The notes: a model not told the origin generated them from the sequence alone. Positions 1-10,211 are shown, counted from the first letter of the stretch. The stretch: DNA of 64,000 nucleotides from Chitinophaga pinensis (GCA_945874665.1 CAMCHJ010000008.1:3880-67879), one strand, 5' to 3'. Numbers and translations are program-made.

Positions 1-5
1 ATAAA

Positions 6-39
6 CTAAAAAAGGCGAATTGTATAATACAATCGCCTT
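6..39 (-). terminator. rho-independent terminator downstream of rpsO
   Basis: Inverted repeat AAGGCGAaTTGTATAATACAAtCGCCTT at 12-39, followed on the minus strand by a T-run (A-run at 6-11 on plus). A plus-strand T-run at 40-46 follows as well, so it may act in both directions. Confidence 0.6.
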
Positions 40-61
40 GTTTTTTATTAAGACCTCGTAA

Positions 62-331
62 TCACTTACGGAGGTTCAATTTTTCGATAATTGCGCGGTA
101 ACGCATGATGTCGTTGGTTTGCAAATATGTGAGCAAATCACGACGCTTGCCTACCATTTTGATGAGGGCTTGCTGTGTAGAATAATCCTTGCGGTTTTTC
201 TTCAGGTGAGCCGTCAAATGGCTAATGCGCTCAGTGAACTGAGCGATTTGGCTTTCTGGTGATCCAGTGTCTTGCGCACCAGCGCCAAACTTCTTGTAAA
301 TCTCTTGCTTTTGAGCGGTATCAAGATGCAT
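62..331 (-). CDS. rpsO: 30S ribosomal protein S15
   Basis: 89 aa with typical S15 sequence (..GSPESQIAQFTERISHLTAHLKKNRKDYSTQQALIKMVGKRRDLLTYL..). Confidence 0.93.
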   Translation of the reverse strand: MHLDTAQKQEIYKKFGAGAQDTGSPESQIAQFTERISHLTAHLKKNRKDYSTQQALIKMVGKRRDLLTYLQTNDIMRYRAIIEKLNLRK

Positions 332-368
332 CTGTATATAATTTTTTCCTTGTTCTTAAACGAGTTTG

Positions 369-399
369 CAAATGTAGCACATTTATTTTTATTGACAAA
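369..399 (-). promoter_or_regulatory. Bacteroidetes-type sigmaA promoter for rpsO (-33 TTTG / -7 TACATTTG)
   Basis: Minus strand reads TTTG at plus 396-399, then 19 nt, then TACATTTG at plus 369-376, about 38 nt upstream of the rpsO ATG. This matches the TTTG-N19-21-TAnnTTTG consensus known for Bacteroidetes. Confidence 0.5.
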
Positions 400-1245
400 C
401 TAGTTTTTAAGAAGTCTTAGAATCTGTGCTAATTTGGATTTTAACTCCTTGCGATCGACAATTAAGTCTACAAAACCGCTCTCCAACACAAATTCGGCCG
501 ACTGAAAACCTTTTGGCAAATCCTTCTTGATGGTTTCTTTGATTACCCGCGGACCTGCAAAGCCAATCAAAGCATTGGGTTCTGCCAAATTGAAGTCGCC
601 GAGCATCGCAAAAGAAGCTGTTACACCCCCCGTTGTTGGATCGGTGAGCAAGCTGATGTAAGGAATTTGCTCCTCTCCCGCCTGCGCCAGCTTGGCCGAG
701 GTTTTGGCCATTTGCATCAACGAAAAAGCGGCTTCCATCATCCGAGCGCCACCCGATTTGCTGATCACCATCACTGGGCATTTCAGCTCCCGCGCTTTGT
801 CGATGGCCCTGGCAATTTTTTCACCCATCACCGAGCCCATAGAGCCACCGATAAAGTCAAAATCCATACAAGTAACCACCAACATTTCTCCTTCTACCAA
901 ACCTTTGGCGGTGCGGATGGCATCTTTGAGGCCGGTTTTGGCCTGGGTTGCCTTCAAACGGTCCAGATATGGCTTCGTATCGGTAAAGTTGAGCGGGTCG
1001 CCCGAAGTGAGATTAGCATCTAACTCCTCGCACTGTCCTTCGTCGAAAATAATTTCGAAGTACTCGGCTGAGCCAATCCGGCAGTGGTAGTCACACTGGG
1101 TACATACAAACTTATTGGCTTTGAGGTCTTTCGACAACAAAGAGGCTTTGCACGACGGACATTTGAACCAAAGTCCGTCGGGTACATCCAATTTTTCTTC
1201 TGTGCTGGTAGTTACACCCGCGGTAGAACGCTTAAACCAAGCCAT
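400..1245 (-). CDS. accD: acetyl-CoA carboxylase carboxyltransferase beta subunit
   Basis: N-terminal Zn-ribbon (CPSC..CTQCDYH) followed by a carboxyltransferase domain ([12 protein letters not shown]..); 281 aa. Confidence 0.92.
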   Translation of the reverse strand: MAWFKRSTAGVTTSTEEKLDVPDGLWFKCPSCKASLLSKDLKANKFVCTQCDYHCRIGSAEYFEIIFDEGQCEELDANLTSGDPLNFTDTKPYLDRLKATQAKTGLKDAIRTAKGLVEGEMLVVTCMDFDFIGGSMGSVMGEKIARAIDKARELKCPVMVISKSGGARMMEAAFSLMQMAKTSAKLAQAGEEQIPYISLLTDPTTGGVTASFAMLGDFNLAEPNALIGFAGPRVIKETIKKDLPKGFQSAEFVLESGFVDLIVDRKELKSKLAQILRLLKN

Positions 1246-1259
1246 TCGATTATTTTAAG

Positions 1260-2318
1260 TTACGCTAAGTCGATAGAATTGTCGAGGTACACATCCTGAA
1301 TGGTATTCAGCAAGGCCACCCCTTCTGCCATAGGGCGCTGGAAGGCTTTGCGGCCCAAAATGAGGCCTGCACCACCGGCACGCTTGTTAATTACAGCTGT
1401 TGAAACGGCTTCAGCCAAATCGCTGGCGCCTTTAGACTCACCACCTGAGTTGATCAAAGGCGCGCGGCCCATGTAATTATTGGCCACTTGGTAGCGTGCC
1501 AAATCGATCGGGTGATCGCTGCTGAGCTCGCTGTACACCTTGGGGTGGGTTTTGCCATGCTTGGTAGCTAAATAACCGCCGTTGTTGGTCGGTAATTTTT
1601 GCTTGATGATATCGGCTTGAATGGTTACGCCCAAGTGGTTGGCTTGTCCTGTTAAATCGGCAGCGGTATGATAATCCACGCCATCTACCTTAAAGCCATT
1701 GTTGCGGGTATAGCACCACAAGATGGTGGTCATGCCCAGCTCATGCGCCATTTCAAAGGCCTTGGCTACTTCTACAATTTGGCGAGCCGACTCTGGCGAA
1801 CCGAAATAAATGGTCGCGCCTACTGCTGTTGCCCCCATGTTCCACGCATCGCGGATGGTGCCAAACATAATTTGGTCGTACTTATTAGGGTAGCTCAAAA
1901 ATTCATTGTGATTGATTTTTACAATGAAAGGAATTTTGTGTGCGTATTTGCGAGCTACTGAAGCGAGCACGCCATAGGTAGAGGCTACACCATTGCAACC
2001 CGACTCAATGGCTAGCTTTACAATGTTCTCGCTATCAAAATAAATAGGATTTGGTGCAAACGAGGCACCGGCGGCATGCTCAATGCCTTGGTCTACTGGC
2101 AAAATAGACAAAAAACCAGTTCCTCCTAAGCGGCCGTGGTCGTATAAAGCCTGCATGCTGCGCAGGGTGGGGATGTTTCGGTTGGAGTTGGCCCAGATGC
2201 GATCTACAAAGTCGGCACCCGGTGCGTGGATCATGTCTTTGCTGATGGTTTTCGATTGGTGACCGAGTAAATAATCGGCTTGTGCACCTAAAGCATCCAC
2301 AATCTTTTGATTTGCCAT
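1260..2318 (-). CDS. fbaB: class I fructose-bisphosphate aldolase (FbaB/DhnA family)
   Basis: 352 aa. Overall similarity to FbaB-type class I aldolases (..IVKINHNEF.., ..[11 protein letters not shown]..). Confidence 0.8.
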   Translation of the reverse strand: MANQKIVDALGAQADYLLGHQSKTISKDMIHAPGADFVDRIWANSNRNIPTLRSMQALYDHGRLGGTGFLSILPVDQGIEHAAGASFAPNPIYFDSENIVKLAIESGCNGVASTYGVLASVARKYAHKIPFIVKINHNEFLSYPNKYDQIMFGTIRDAWNMGATAVGATIYFGSPESARQIVEVAKAFEMAHELGMTTILWCYTRNNGFKVDGVDYHTAADLTGQANHLGVTIQADIIKQKLPTNNGGYLATKHGKTHPKVYSELSSDHPIDLARYQVANNYMGRAPLINSGGESKGASDLAEAVSTAVINKRAGGAGLILGRKAFQRPMAEGVALLNTIQDVYLDNSIDLA

Positions 2319-2374
2319 AATGAGCTGTTATTATTGGGTTAGTTTCGAAAGAGACAAAACTAAGCAAAAATCCA

Positions 2375-2830
2375 ATGTCAGACCGAATTCCAGCAGCAGC
2401 AAACATTCAAATTAAAGAAATTAGTGACTCCGTGCTTTTAAAAGCCGTTTTTGAAATTCGACAAAAGGTTTTTGTGGAGGAACAGGCGGTTGATCCGGAG
2501 GAGGAGTATGACGAGTACGAGGACAGCTCGCGTCATTTTTTGCTCTTGGCCAACGAAAAGCCTTGTGCTACGGGCAGGTTTCGGCGAACCGAAAATGGCT
2601 GGAAGATAGAGCGCATGGCCGTTATGGCGGAAGTGCGGGGCTTAGGCTACGGTGGTATGGTGCTTCAAAAAATGCTTGGGGAGGTCCCTAAAGATGGCCG
2701 TCCCATTTATTTACATGCCCAAGAGCACGCCTTGTCGTTTTACCAGCGCCACCGTTTTTTAGCGCTAGGAGATCGTTTTTGGGAGGCCAATATCCCCCAT
2801 TATAAATGTGTGTGGCAGGCGGAGGCTTAA
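2375..2830 (+). CDS. GNAT family N-acetyltransferase
   Basis: 151 aa. Acetyl-CoA binding motif region (ERMAVMAEVRGLGYGGMVLQKML). Confidence 0.75.
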   Translation: MSDRIPAAANIQIKEISDSVLLKAVFEIRQKVFVEEQAVDPEEEYDEYEDSSRHFLLLANEKPCATGRFRRTENGWKIERMAVMAEVRGLGYGGMVLQKMLGEVPKDGRPIYLHAQEHALSFYQRHRFLALGDRFWEANIPHYKCVWQAEA

Positions 2831-3225
2831 AACTGGGCAGCCATCATCACCAACAAAGCGCTGCTTGAGGCAATGAGGGTGAGGCGCATGCGCCAGCGGT
2901 GTGTGCAGGGCAAGCCAAAACGCTGCAACCAAGGATCCATGATGGTGGTGCGATCGTTGGTAAGCAGTCGCTCAACAACGGTCACGATGCACCCACCCAA
3001 AATCAATTGACTTAGCCAGGCAAATAAAAAGATGGCGATGATGGGCCAGCGGCTAGCTGGAAATGTGAAATACAAGGCTATCAACGTCCAAAAGCCTCCC
3101 TCGTGTGCTATTTTAACACAGGCACCTTTAAAAGTAGCGCTGCCGGGCAAACGTTCGGTGAGTTGCCACAGCCAAACGGCGGTGCGCCGCCGCATGCGGA
3201 ACCTGTTGTTGCGTACTGGTTGCAT
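2827..3225 (-). CDS. hypothetical small membrane protein
   Basis: ORF with 2-3 predicted hydrophobic helices, convergent with the GNAT gene (4-nt overlap). No family recognised. The start is uncertain. Confidence 0.4.
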   Translation of the reverse strand: MQPVRNNRFRMRRRTAVWLWQLTERLPGSATFKGACVKIAHEGGFWTLIALYFTFPASRWPIIAIFLFAWLSQLILGGCIVTVVERLLTNDRTTIMDPWLQRFGLPCTHRWRMRLTLIASSSALLVMMAAQF

Positions 3226-3296
3226 GGATGGTCAAAAGAAAAGAAATCTGCGCACTTACACAAACTTACTATCCTAAACAGCCCCAGATGGCACGC

Positions 3297-3325
3297 TTGT
3301 ATATACAATTGTATATATACAAAAA
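3297..3325. promoter_or_regulatory. adjacent self-complementary palindromes TTGTATATACAA / TTGTATATATACAA upstream of comEC
   Basis: Seen directly in the sequence about 20-45 nt upstream of the comEC ORF start. The same core TTGTATAATACAA forms the loop-proximal part of the rpsO terminator stem at 19-31. Confidence 0.3.
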
Positions 3326-3343
3326 CCCATACAAGCCCATTAG

Positions 3344-5533
3344 TTGTGCCCTAGCTGCTTAAATTGGGTGATGCAAAATGCGGTAGATTTTGATTGGCGC
3401 CAAGTACCCTTTTTTAGACTTTTACTGGCTTTGCTGTTGGGTTACCAGCTTTCGGCGTGGTGGTGGTGGCCTGGTTACATCACCATTACACTTATTACAG
3501 TATTGGTGGTGGCGCAGTGGCTATTCGGAAAATCGGCTTGGCGCGCCAGTTACCGCTGGAGGTGGTTACAGGGCAGCCTGTTATTTTTGGCTGTGGTACT
3601 GGCAGGAGCTACCCACAAGGCGGAGCATTTGCGCACACACCAGGCAGTTGCCTTGGCAGACTTACAAGCCTTTGCCGCGCTCAAAGTTACAGTAACCCAT
3701 TATCCCGAATCAAAAGGCGCTTTTTTGCGGGTTCAGGGCCAAGTTAGCAGCGCGTTAGACAGCAGTCGTTATTGGCCTCTCGAACACCAAGGCTGTCTAT
3801 TGAAATTTGACAGCAACGATGTAGCTGCGAAACAGCTTACCCCTGGCCATACCCTGGTTGTAGCGAGTAGCGGTTTGCGCGGCTTGTACGAAAGTCGCAA
3901 CCCACATGCCTTCTCTTACAAAAAACTCATGGCCAGCAGGGGCATTCACTTCCAACTTAAACTACCCTCTGGAAGTTGGCGGGTATATGAAACGAGCGCT
4001 TTGAAAGGACCTATGGGCTTTGCCAGTCGCCTCAAAAAACTATCCACGGCCAAACTTTTTAGCTTTTTAAAAGGGGAGCAGCAGGCACCCTTTGCTGCGG
4101 CTTTGCTGCTTGGTGACCGCAGTGCGCTCGACCAAGATTTGGTGAAGGCCTATGCCAGTAGCGGTGCCATCCACGTGTTGGCAGTTTCAGGCTTGCATGT
4201 AGGTATTTTTTACATGCTGGTGCGCTGGCTGAGCATGCATTTATTCAGACTCAAACGCTGGGGATCTTTGGCAGTGGTGTTGTTGGCCCTTTGGCTGTAC
4301 GCCCTTGTGACCGGCCTGCCACCCTCGGTGAGTCGCGCTTGCACCATGTTTAGTTTGATTGCCATTGCCAAAGAGCTCAAACGCGATGCACTCATTTACA
4401 ACAGCATGTCGGCAGCCGCCTTTGTAATACTTTGGCTGAAACCTGCTTTTTTAACCGAAACCGGCTTTCAGTTATCGTTTGCGGCGGTAATTGGCATTGT
4501 GTATTTGCAGCCCAAATTGTATAAGCTGGTATATTTAAAACACAAATGGGCCGACTGGCTGTGGCAGCTCACCAGTGTTTCGTTGGCCGCGCAGCTGTTT
4601 ACCTTTCCCTTAAGCGTGTACTACTTCAACCAATTTCCCAACTACTTTTTACTATCCAATTTTGTGGTCATTCCCATTGCCGCTCCCCTGCTTTTGGGGT
4701 GTTTGCTGCTATTGGCACTTTCGCCCCTGCCCTATTTAGCTGAAAAATTTGGTTGGTTATTGGGGAAGGCCTTTGATTTAGTAAATGCCATCATATTACA
4801 AATCGAACAATTGCCGGGGGCGTTAACCGAGGGCATTGCCTGGTCGCCCACCACCTTTTGGCTCAGCTATGCCTTCATTTTAAGTGGTTGTTGGTGGCTG
4901 TGGGGCAAAGAAAATCGTTTTCGGCTCGTCACCATTTGGCTGGGTGCGGCGCTGTTGGTACAGCCCTTGCTTCAAAAAATGGAGCAGCAAAAGCAGGTTA
5001 CATTTACCCTCTACGACGGCTTTGGCGGCAGCAGTGGTAGTTTTATCAGTGGCAACAAAGCTTGGTTGTGGGGCACCCAACCCGAAATACCCTTCTCCCC
5101 CGCCAAAAGTGAACTCCTACATGCGGGGGTTTCGCGGTACGACAGCCTGATAAGGCCGCCTTTGCAATTACTCGCTTGGCAAGGTCAACGCATCTTGTGG
5201 GTGAATGGAAAAACGCCGCCACAAACCTGGCCTGCAGCCGATGTATTGCTGCTCAGCAACCAACCTCCGCCTTACTTGGTAGAACGCCAGCTGACAAAAT
5301 ACCGAACAATCCTTCTCGATTCGTCGAATTCGCCTTATTATTGTGAAAAGCTAAAAGCAAAAGTGCTGGCTGCTGGATTGCGCTTTTTCAGCGTGGCGGA
5401 GCAGGGAGCATTGGTATTTACGCCATGGACTATCAATACATCGACTTACAACTCGAGCAACGCATCGGACACATCGTACTCAATCGACCCGAAAAACGCA
5501 ATGCCTTCAATGAAGCGCTTGTTACCGAGCTGA
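3344..5533 (+). CDS. comEC: ComEC/Rec2 family DNA internalization competence protein
   Basis: Polytopic membrane protein containing the Competence domain (..SSGAIHVLAVSGLHVGIF..) and a C-terminal soluble region. An alternative start lies at 3371 (MQNAV..). The 3' end overlaps the next gene by 109 nt. Confidence 0.82.
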   Translation: MCPSCLNWVMQNAVDFDWRQVPFFRLLLALLLGYQLSAWWWWPGYITITLITVLVVAQWLFGKSAWRASYRWRWLQGSLLFLAVVLAGATHKAEHLRTHQAVALADLQAFAALKVTVTHYPESKGAFLRVQGQVSSALDSSRYWPLEHQGCLLKFDSNDVAAKQLTPGHTLVVASSGLRGLYESRNPHAFSYKKLMASRGIHFQLKLPSGSWRVYETSALKGPMGFASRLKKLSTAKLFSFLKGEQQAPFAAALLLGDRSALDQDLVKAYASSGAIHVLAVSGLHVGIFYMLVRWLSMHLFRLKRWGSLAVVLLALWLYALVTGLPPSVSRACTMFSLIAIAKELKRDALIYNSMSAAAFVILWLKPAFLTETGFQLSFAAVIGIVYLQPKLYKLVYLKHKWADWLWQLTSVSLAAQLFTFPLSVYYFNQFPNYFLLSNFVVIPIAAPLLLGCLLLLALSPLPYLAEKFGWLLGKAFDLVNAIILQIEQLPGALTEGIAWSPTTFWLSYAFILSGCWWLWGKENRFRLVTIWLGAALLVQPLLQKMEQQKQVTFTLYDGFGGSSGSFISGNKAWLWGTQPEIPFSPAKSELLHAGVSRYDSLIRPPLQLLAWQGQRILWVNGKTPPQTWPAADVLLLSNQPPPYLVERQLTKYRTILLDSSNSPYYCEKLKAKVLAAGLRFFSVAEQGALVFTPWTINTSTYNSSNASDTSYSIDPKNAMPSMKRLLPS

Positions 5534-6204
5534 AACACGCTTTCGAGCAGCTGTACCAAGACGAGGCCTGCAAAATTATTGTGCTGCGCGCCAAAGGTGA
5601 GGTTTTTAGCGCGGGTGCCGATTTAGGCTACCTGCAGCAGTTACAAAACAATACGTATGAAGAAAACCAGGCCGATTCGCGGCACCTGATGGCTTTATAC
5701 GAAATGATTTACGCTGGTCCCAAAGTAGTGATCAGTCAAGTTGAAGGCCATGCCATTGCCGGCGGCTGTGGATTGGCCACCGTGAGCGACTTTAGTTTTG
5801 CGGTTCCGGGCGCCAACTTTGGTTATACCGAAGTGCGCATTGGCTTTATTCCAGCCATCGTTTCAGTGTTTTTAGCCCGCAAAATTGGCGAAGGAAAAGC
5901 CCGCGAACTGTTGCTTACCGGCGACCTCATCAGTGCCGAGGAAGCACTTCGGTACGGTTTGATTAGTTTTGTGGTAAATGCCGATGAGATTGCCGAGCGC
6001 GTGCAACAATTCGCCTTGGGTTTGGCCAAAAACTGTTCGGGTAACTCTTTGGCCATGACCAAAAGATTGCTTGCCGAAGTACAAGACCTGCCCTATCAAG
6101 CCGCTTTGGCATTGGCTGCCGACCGCAATGCTCAAGCACGTGCCACCGACGATTGTCAGCACGGCATTAAATCGTTTCTCAACAAAGAAAAAATAAAGTG
6201 GTAA
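5425..6204 (+). CDS. enoyl-CoA hydratase/isomerase (crotonase) family protein
   Basis: N-terminus IVLNRPEKRNAFN.., ..FSAGADL.., ..GHAIAGGCGLA.. are crotonase fold signatures; 259 aa. Confidence 0.88.
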   Translation: MDYQYIDLQLEQRIGHIVLNRPEKRNAFNEALVTELKHAFEQLYQDEACKIIVLRAKGEVFSAGADLGYLQQLQNNTYEENQADSRHLMALYEMIYAGPKVVISQVEGHAIAGGCGLATVSDFSFAVPGANFGYTEVRIGFIPAIVSVFLARKIGEGKARELLLTGDLISAEEALRYGLISFVVNADEIAERVQQFALGLAKNCSGNSLAMTKRLLAEVQDLPYQAALALAADRNAQARATDDCQHGIKSFLNKEKIKW

Positions 6205-6435
6205 AATACCTGCTGCTTTACTCGCCTTTGTAACTGCACTGGTGACCGGCAGCGAACTCCCCCAAAAAAGAGCGTTCATGCTTACAGCCCCTGCCCCAAG
6301 CGCGGTGCTGAACAGTGACGTGCTTTAGTCAGTTAAAAGTTACTTCGCATAACACAAAGCTGTAAGTTTTGAACTACAGAGTGTGCGTGGGATATGGAAA
6401 ATCAGCTATCCGACGATGCATTTCGAAAAAGGCGT

Positions 6436-7107
6436 TTAGCCTGCGCCAAAAACCGACTTTAACATGGGAATGGCACCATTGGCGATGAACTGAATACCAA
6501 TTGCCAATACAATAAAGCCCATCATACGCGACATGGCACTGATGCCTGATTCACCTAAAAAACTTACCAATCGAGGTGAAACGCGCAAAATCAAATACGT
6601 TACCAACGCCATCACGAGCACTGCGGCAATCACCAGCAGGTAATCCCAAATAACAGTGAGCTCGAGCGCCAAGCTGATGAGCAGCGAAATGGAACCTGGG
6701 CCTGAAAGCATCGGCATGGCCAGCGGCGAAAAACTGATGTCGTTTTTAAGGAGGGCTTCTTCCTTCACCTTTTTGTTGATGGCGCGGCCTTTCGAATATT
6801 CAGATTTAGAACGCAACAAATCGATGCCCGATTTACTAATGATGATGCCGCCTGCAATGCGGAGACCTTCGATGCTGATGCCAAAAAAATCGAGGATATA
6901 AGTGCCGATTAGGAAAAAAACAATCAGGATACAAGCCAGGTAGATGGCGGCTTTGCGGACTTGGACTTCGCGCCAGGCAGGACTATCGTTGGCGGTGAGT
7001 GCCAACAGCACGGGCATGGCGCCTAGCGGATTGACAACCGAAAACAAAGCGCTAAAAGTGGCGATAAAAAGTCCCATAACAGTCGCAAAGGTACAATTTT
7101 TAAACAA
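6436..7107 (-). CDS. MarC family (UPF0056/NAAT) integral membrane protein
   Basis: 223 aa, six hydrophobic segments, N-terminal ..FSALFSVVNPLGAMPVLLALT.. typical of MarC. Confidence 0.75.
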   Translation of the reverse strand: MFKNCTFATVMGLFIATFSALFSVVNPLGAMPVLLALTANDSPAWREVQVRKAAIYLACILIVFFLIGTYILDFFGISIEGLRIAGGIIISKSGIDLLRSKSEYSKGRAINKKVKEEALLKNDISFSPLAMPMLSGPGSISLLISLALELTVIWDYLLVIAAVLVMALVTYLILRVSPRLVSFLGESGISAMSRMMGFIVLAIGIQFIANGAIPMLKSVFGAG

Positions 7108-7274
7108 GCTGCTGCTTGTAAATTAGATCTAGTACGCAAATAAGCTCGCAGTGTTAAAGCGGAGGCTCACCCAAAAAAACATCGTTTCGAACAGGAAAAG
7201 CAAGGATAAACGCCGGTTACAGGAGAAAATGCGTTGTCAGCTTGTTTTAGGAAGTGCTCCAGGCGGATGCTGCC

Positions 7275-7946
7275 TTAAAGGCGCAGGAGTAAATTGGGGT
7301 CAGGACAAAGCGCCAGCCATTTAGCAGCTTCTGAGGGTGCGCAAACGCCTGGGAAATCGCCGCTGCGGCCTTCTAAATCACGTATGATTTGAAAATGCAA
7401 GTGCGGTGGCCAGTGTACATTTTCGTGCCAGGCACCGAGGCTACCGAGAGGCTGACCGGCGGCAAACGACATGCCCACCTCCAGACTTTGGAGCGAAGAC
7501 AGGCTGAGATGGCCATAAAGCGTATAAAATGTTTGTGCCGATATACAATGCTCTAAAATAATCGTGGGGCCGTAATCGCCCGAAGCGCTGTTGTTCGCAA
7601 AACTGTGGAGGGTGCCCTCGATTGGCGCATACAAGGGAGTACCAGCTGGCGCCCATAAATCGATGCCGAGGTGCAGTGATCGGGCTTCAGCGCCTGAGAA
7701 TACTTCACTTTTACGATAAATAACGCGGTCTTCGGCATAGGCGCCAACACCCAACAGGGCACCTGCTTGCGCCATACTTTCGCTGATATACCCGCAAAAA
7801 GCCGATTCCGATCGTAACAAATCAGGGGTTAGCGCCTCATTGGCCGCCGTTAAATCGAACAGCAGCTGTGCCTTGCCCTGAAAGGTCACTGGCAGCACAA
7901 ACTGAACAGGTAATTGGGCTAAAAAAGCTTCGAAAGTAGCGTGCAT
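7275..7946 (-). CDS. peptidase M23 family protein
   Basis: HxGxD-like (LHLGIDLWAPAGTPLYAPIEG) and HxH (PHLHFQI) zinc-ligand motifs of LytM/M23 peptidases. No signal peptide seen. Confidence 0.7.
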   Translation of the reverse strand: MHATFEAFLAQLPVQFVLPVTFQGKAQLLFDLTAANEALTPDLLRSESAFCGYISESMAQAGALLGVGAYAEDRVIYRKSEVFSGAEARSLHLGIDLWAPAGTPLYAPIEGTLHSFANNSASGDYGPTIILEHCISAQTFYTLYGHLSLSSLQSLEVGMSFAAGQPLGSLGAWHENVHWPPHLHFQIIRDLEGRSGDFPGVCAPSEAAKWLALCPDPNLLLRL

Positions 7947-8013
7947 AACTAGGAAACAGTCTCAAACATACTGCCTCTGCACCAAAATGACAAGTTAGTG
8001 GAGCCTTAGGCCT

Positions 8014-8274
8014 TTAGTGCGTACCAGAAGCGGCACATTCTCCTTTATAACGACTCGGACAAGTACCGCAGTCGACCCCTTTTGCGGCTAACAGCGGGTT
8101 GTGGCTTGAGCAGGTGCCCCTAAATTCCCCCTTCTTTAAAAACAACATGCGAATGCCTAAACCAGCAAATCCGAGTGCTAAAAAAACGAAAGTAAGGAGG
8201 AGTACGGGTAACATAATTGGAATTTGAGTACAAAGATACAACGCTGAGCGGAATTGAAGGTTCTCACGGGGCAA
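8014..8274 (-). CDS. nqrM: (Na+)-NQR maturation protein NqrM
   Basis: 86 aa with a single TM helix then a Cys-rich tail (GTCSSHNPL..CGTCPSRYKGEC). It lies immediately downstream of ApbE, as in nqr loci. Confidence 0.7.
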   Translation of the reverse strand: MPRENLQFRSALYLCTQIPIMLPVLLLTFVFLALGFAGLGIRMLFLKKGEFRGTCSSHNPLLAAKGVDCGTCPSRYKGECAASGTH

Positions 8275-8283
8275 GAATTTGGC

Positions 8284-9303
8284 TTAAGGCTGCTTCACCA
8301 ATTTAGTGAGACCTGGCGAAATGTATTCCTGCACAGCCCCTGTAGAATCGCTGTACAAAAACACCGCTTCGAGCTCGTCTGTGGCTTCCACCAAGGTACG
8401 AGCGGCTTCAAACCCCATCACCATAAAGGCGGTGGCGTAACCGTCGGCGGTCATGCAGTCGTTGGCAATAACCGAAGCGCTCAACAAATTGCTTTCGCTT
8501 GGGTAGCCGGTTTTGGGATGGATGGTATGGGCGTATTTGCGACCCTCTTTTTCGTAAAAATTGCGGTAATTACCCGAGGTGGCCATGCTTTTGTCGGCGA
8601 GTGGCAAAGTCATTTGCACTTCGCGTTGCTGGCCCGTTTGGTCGTCGATCGGCTTTTCGATGCCCGCGATCCACTTAAAACCAGGTGCCTTTTCACCTGC
8701 TGCCCGCAGTTCCCCGCCAATTTCTACAATGTAATTTTTAACCCCTTGGCTTTCGAGGTAGCGCGCCACAGCATCCACGCCATACCCTTTGGCAATGGCA
8801 CTGAAGTCGAGGATAATACCTGGTTGCGCCTTATAAAGGGTATCGTTTAGTAACTGCACCTGCTCAAATCCCACCAAGGTCAGCAACGAATCGATGCGAG
8901 CACTGTCTATTTCGCCTTGCATTTTTTGGAAACCGAAGCCCCAAGCGTTTACCAATGGTCCAACCGTTGGGTCGAAAGCACCCTCGCTTTGCTTCCAAAT
9001 TTCCATAGACTTGTGAAAATTCACTTGCAGCATGGCATCGGCCCAAGCACTTTTTTCGGCTTGGTTGATGAGGGAGATGTTGGAAGAAGGAATATACGTT
9101 GAAAGCGATGCGTTTACAACCAACAAAACGCTATCAACCCCTGCTTGCAACAATGCCTGCACCTCACCTGCATACACCACATTGTAAGTAGTACCCATGG
9201 TGGCACCCGAAAATTTATGTATTTGATCTTTTGAGGTGCTGCAGGCCATCAAAAGCACTGCTAGCAGGATTGCTAGTTGTTTCATGCCGCAAAAATAATT
9301 CAA
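8284..9303 (-). CDS. apbE: FAD:protein FMN transferase (ApbE family lipoprotein)
   Basis: Lipoprotein signal (LLMACSTS), ApbE family body (..ATMGTTYNVVY.. ..ATSGNYRNF..); 339 aa. Confidence 0.88.
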   Translation of the reverse strand: MNYFCGMKQLAILLAVLLMACSTSKDQIHKFSGATMGTTYNVVYAGEVQALLQAGVDSVLLVVNASLSTYIPSSNISLINQAEKSAWADAMLQVNFHKSMEIWKQSEGAFDPTVGPLVNAWGFGFQKMQGEIDSARIDSLLTLVGFEQVQLLNDTLYKAQPGIILDFSAIAKGYGVDAVARYLESQGVKNYIVEIGGELRAAGEKAPGFKWIAGIEKPIDDQTGQQREVQMTLPLADKSMATSGNYRNFYEKEGRKYAHTIHPKTGYPSESNLLSASVIANDCMTADGYATAFMVMGFEAARTLVEATDELEAVFLYSDSTGAVQEYISPGLTKLVKQP

Positions 9304-9514
9304 ATTTTAGTTCTTGAAGTGTATTTTAATTGGCTTGTGAACTTTCTAAAATAGACTGTGGGCGCCTGCTGCAGAAGGATGACCAGCTGCCGCATCCAAA
9401 ACCAGTCTACCAGCAAGAAGTAATCGCGCTGCTTCAATTAACGCTGCGCCAGAATGCCTTAACACAAAGGCAATGAAGGACATAAAAGCGCCAAACCGGA
9501 CTGCTGTTGGGACT

Positions 9515-10072
9515 TCAGTTTAGGCGAGGATCGTCAGGGTAATTGGCCATGAGTTTAAACTGCTGGCCCATTTTGCTCAGCACCTCTTTCCAGAGATCGG
9601 AGTCGGGTTCTTGCATCACCATGGCGCTGTCGGCTGGCGATAAAATCCAGGCCTTTTCGTCCATTTCTGCTTCGAGCTGCGCGACCGACCAGCCAGAATA
9701 GCCGATAAAAAACCGGATGTCGTTGAGATGCATGACACCGCTGGCCACCAATTCTTTGATGATTTCGAAATCGCCGCCCCAATTTAAGCCTGGCAAAACT
9801 GGTTTGCTACCAGGAATGTTGTGATGCGCAAGGTGTACGTAGTGGAGGGTGTTTTGCTCAACGGGACCGCCCATGTAAAGTGGCGCTGGAAATTCGGGGA
9901 AGTCTTCGAGCACATCGTTAAGCACCAAATTGGTTTTGCGATTGAGCACAAAACCGATGCTCCCATCCTCGTCGTGCTCAGTGAGCAGCACCACCGTTCG
10001 CTTAAAATTAGGATCAGGCAAAAATGGCTCGGAGACCAAAAAAATGCCTTTTTCGAGTGTCAGTTTTTGCAT
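9515..10072 (-). CDS. YqgE/AlgH family protein (UPF0301)
   Basis: Similarity to the YqgE/AlgH family (..FFIGYSGWSVAQLEAEMDEKAWIL..). The start is assigned to MQKLTLEKG.. rather than the 75-nt longer ORF. Confidence 0.8.
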   Translation of the reverse strand: MQKLTLEKGIFLVSEPFLPDPNFKRTVVLLTEHDEDGSIGFVLNRKTNLVLNDVLEDFPEFPAPLYMGGPVEQNTLHYVHLAHHNIPGSKPVLPGLNWGGDFEIIKELVASGVMHLNDIRFFIGYSGWSVAQLEAEMDEKAWILSPADSAMVMQEPDSDLWKEVLSKMGQQFKLMANYPDDPRLN

Positions 10073-10211
10073 TATCGAATCTAGTTTAAGTTGCGCAACC
10101 ACTTCCCACAAAATCAAAAAAAAGGTTGTGGATAAAAAACGAAACAAGCAGCTCGATGGTTCTTATTCTCTCAAAAACAACGTAATTTTACATTAGTATA
10201 ACAAAATCACC

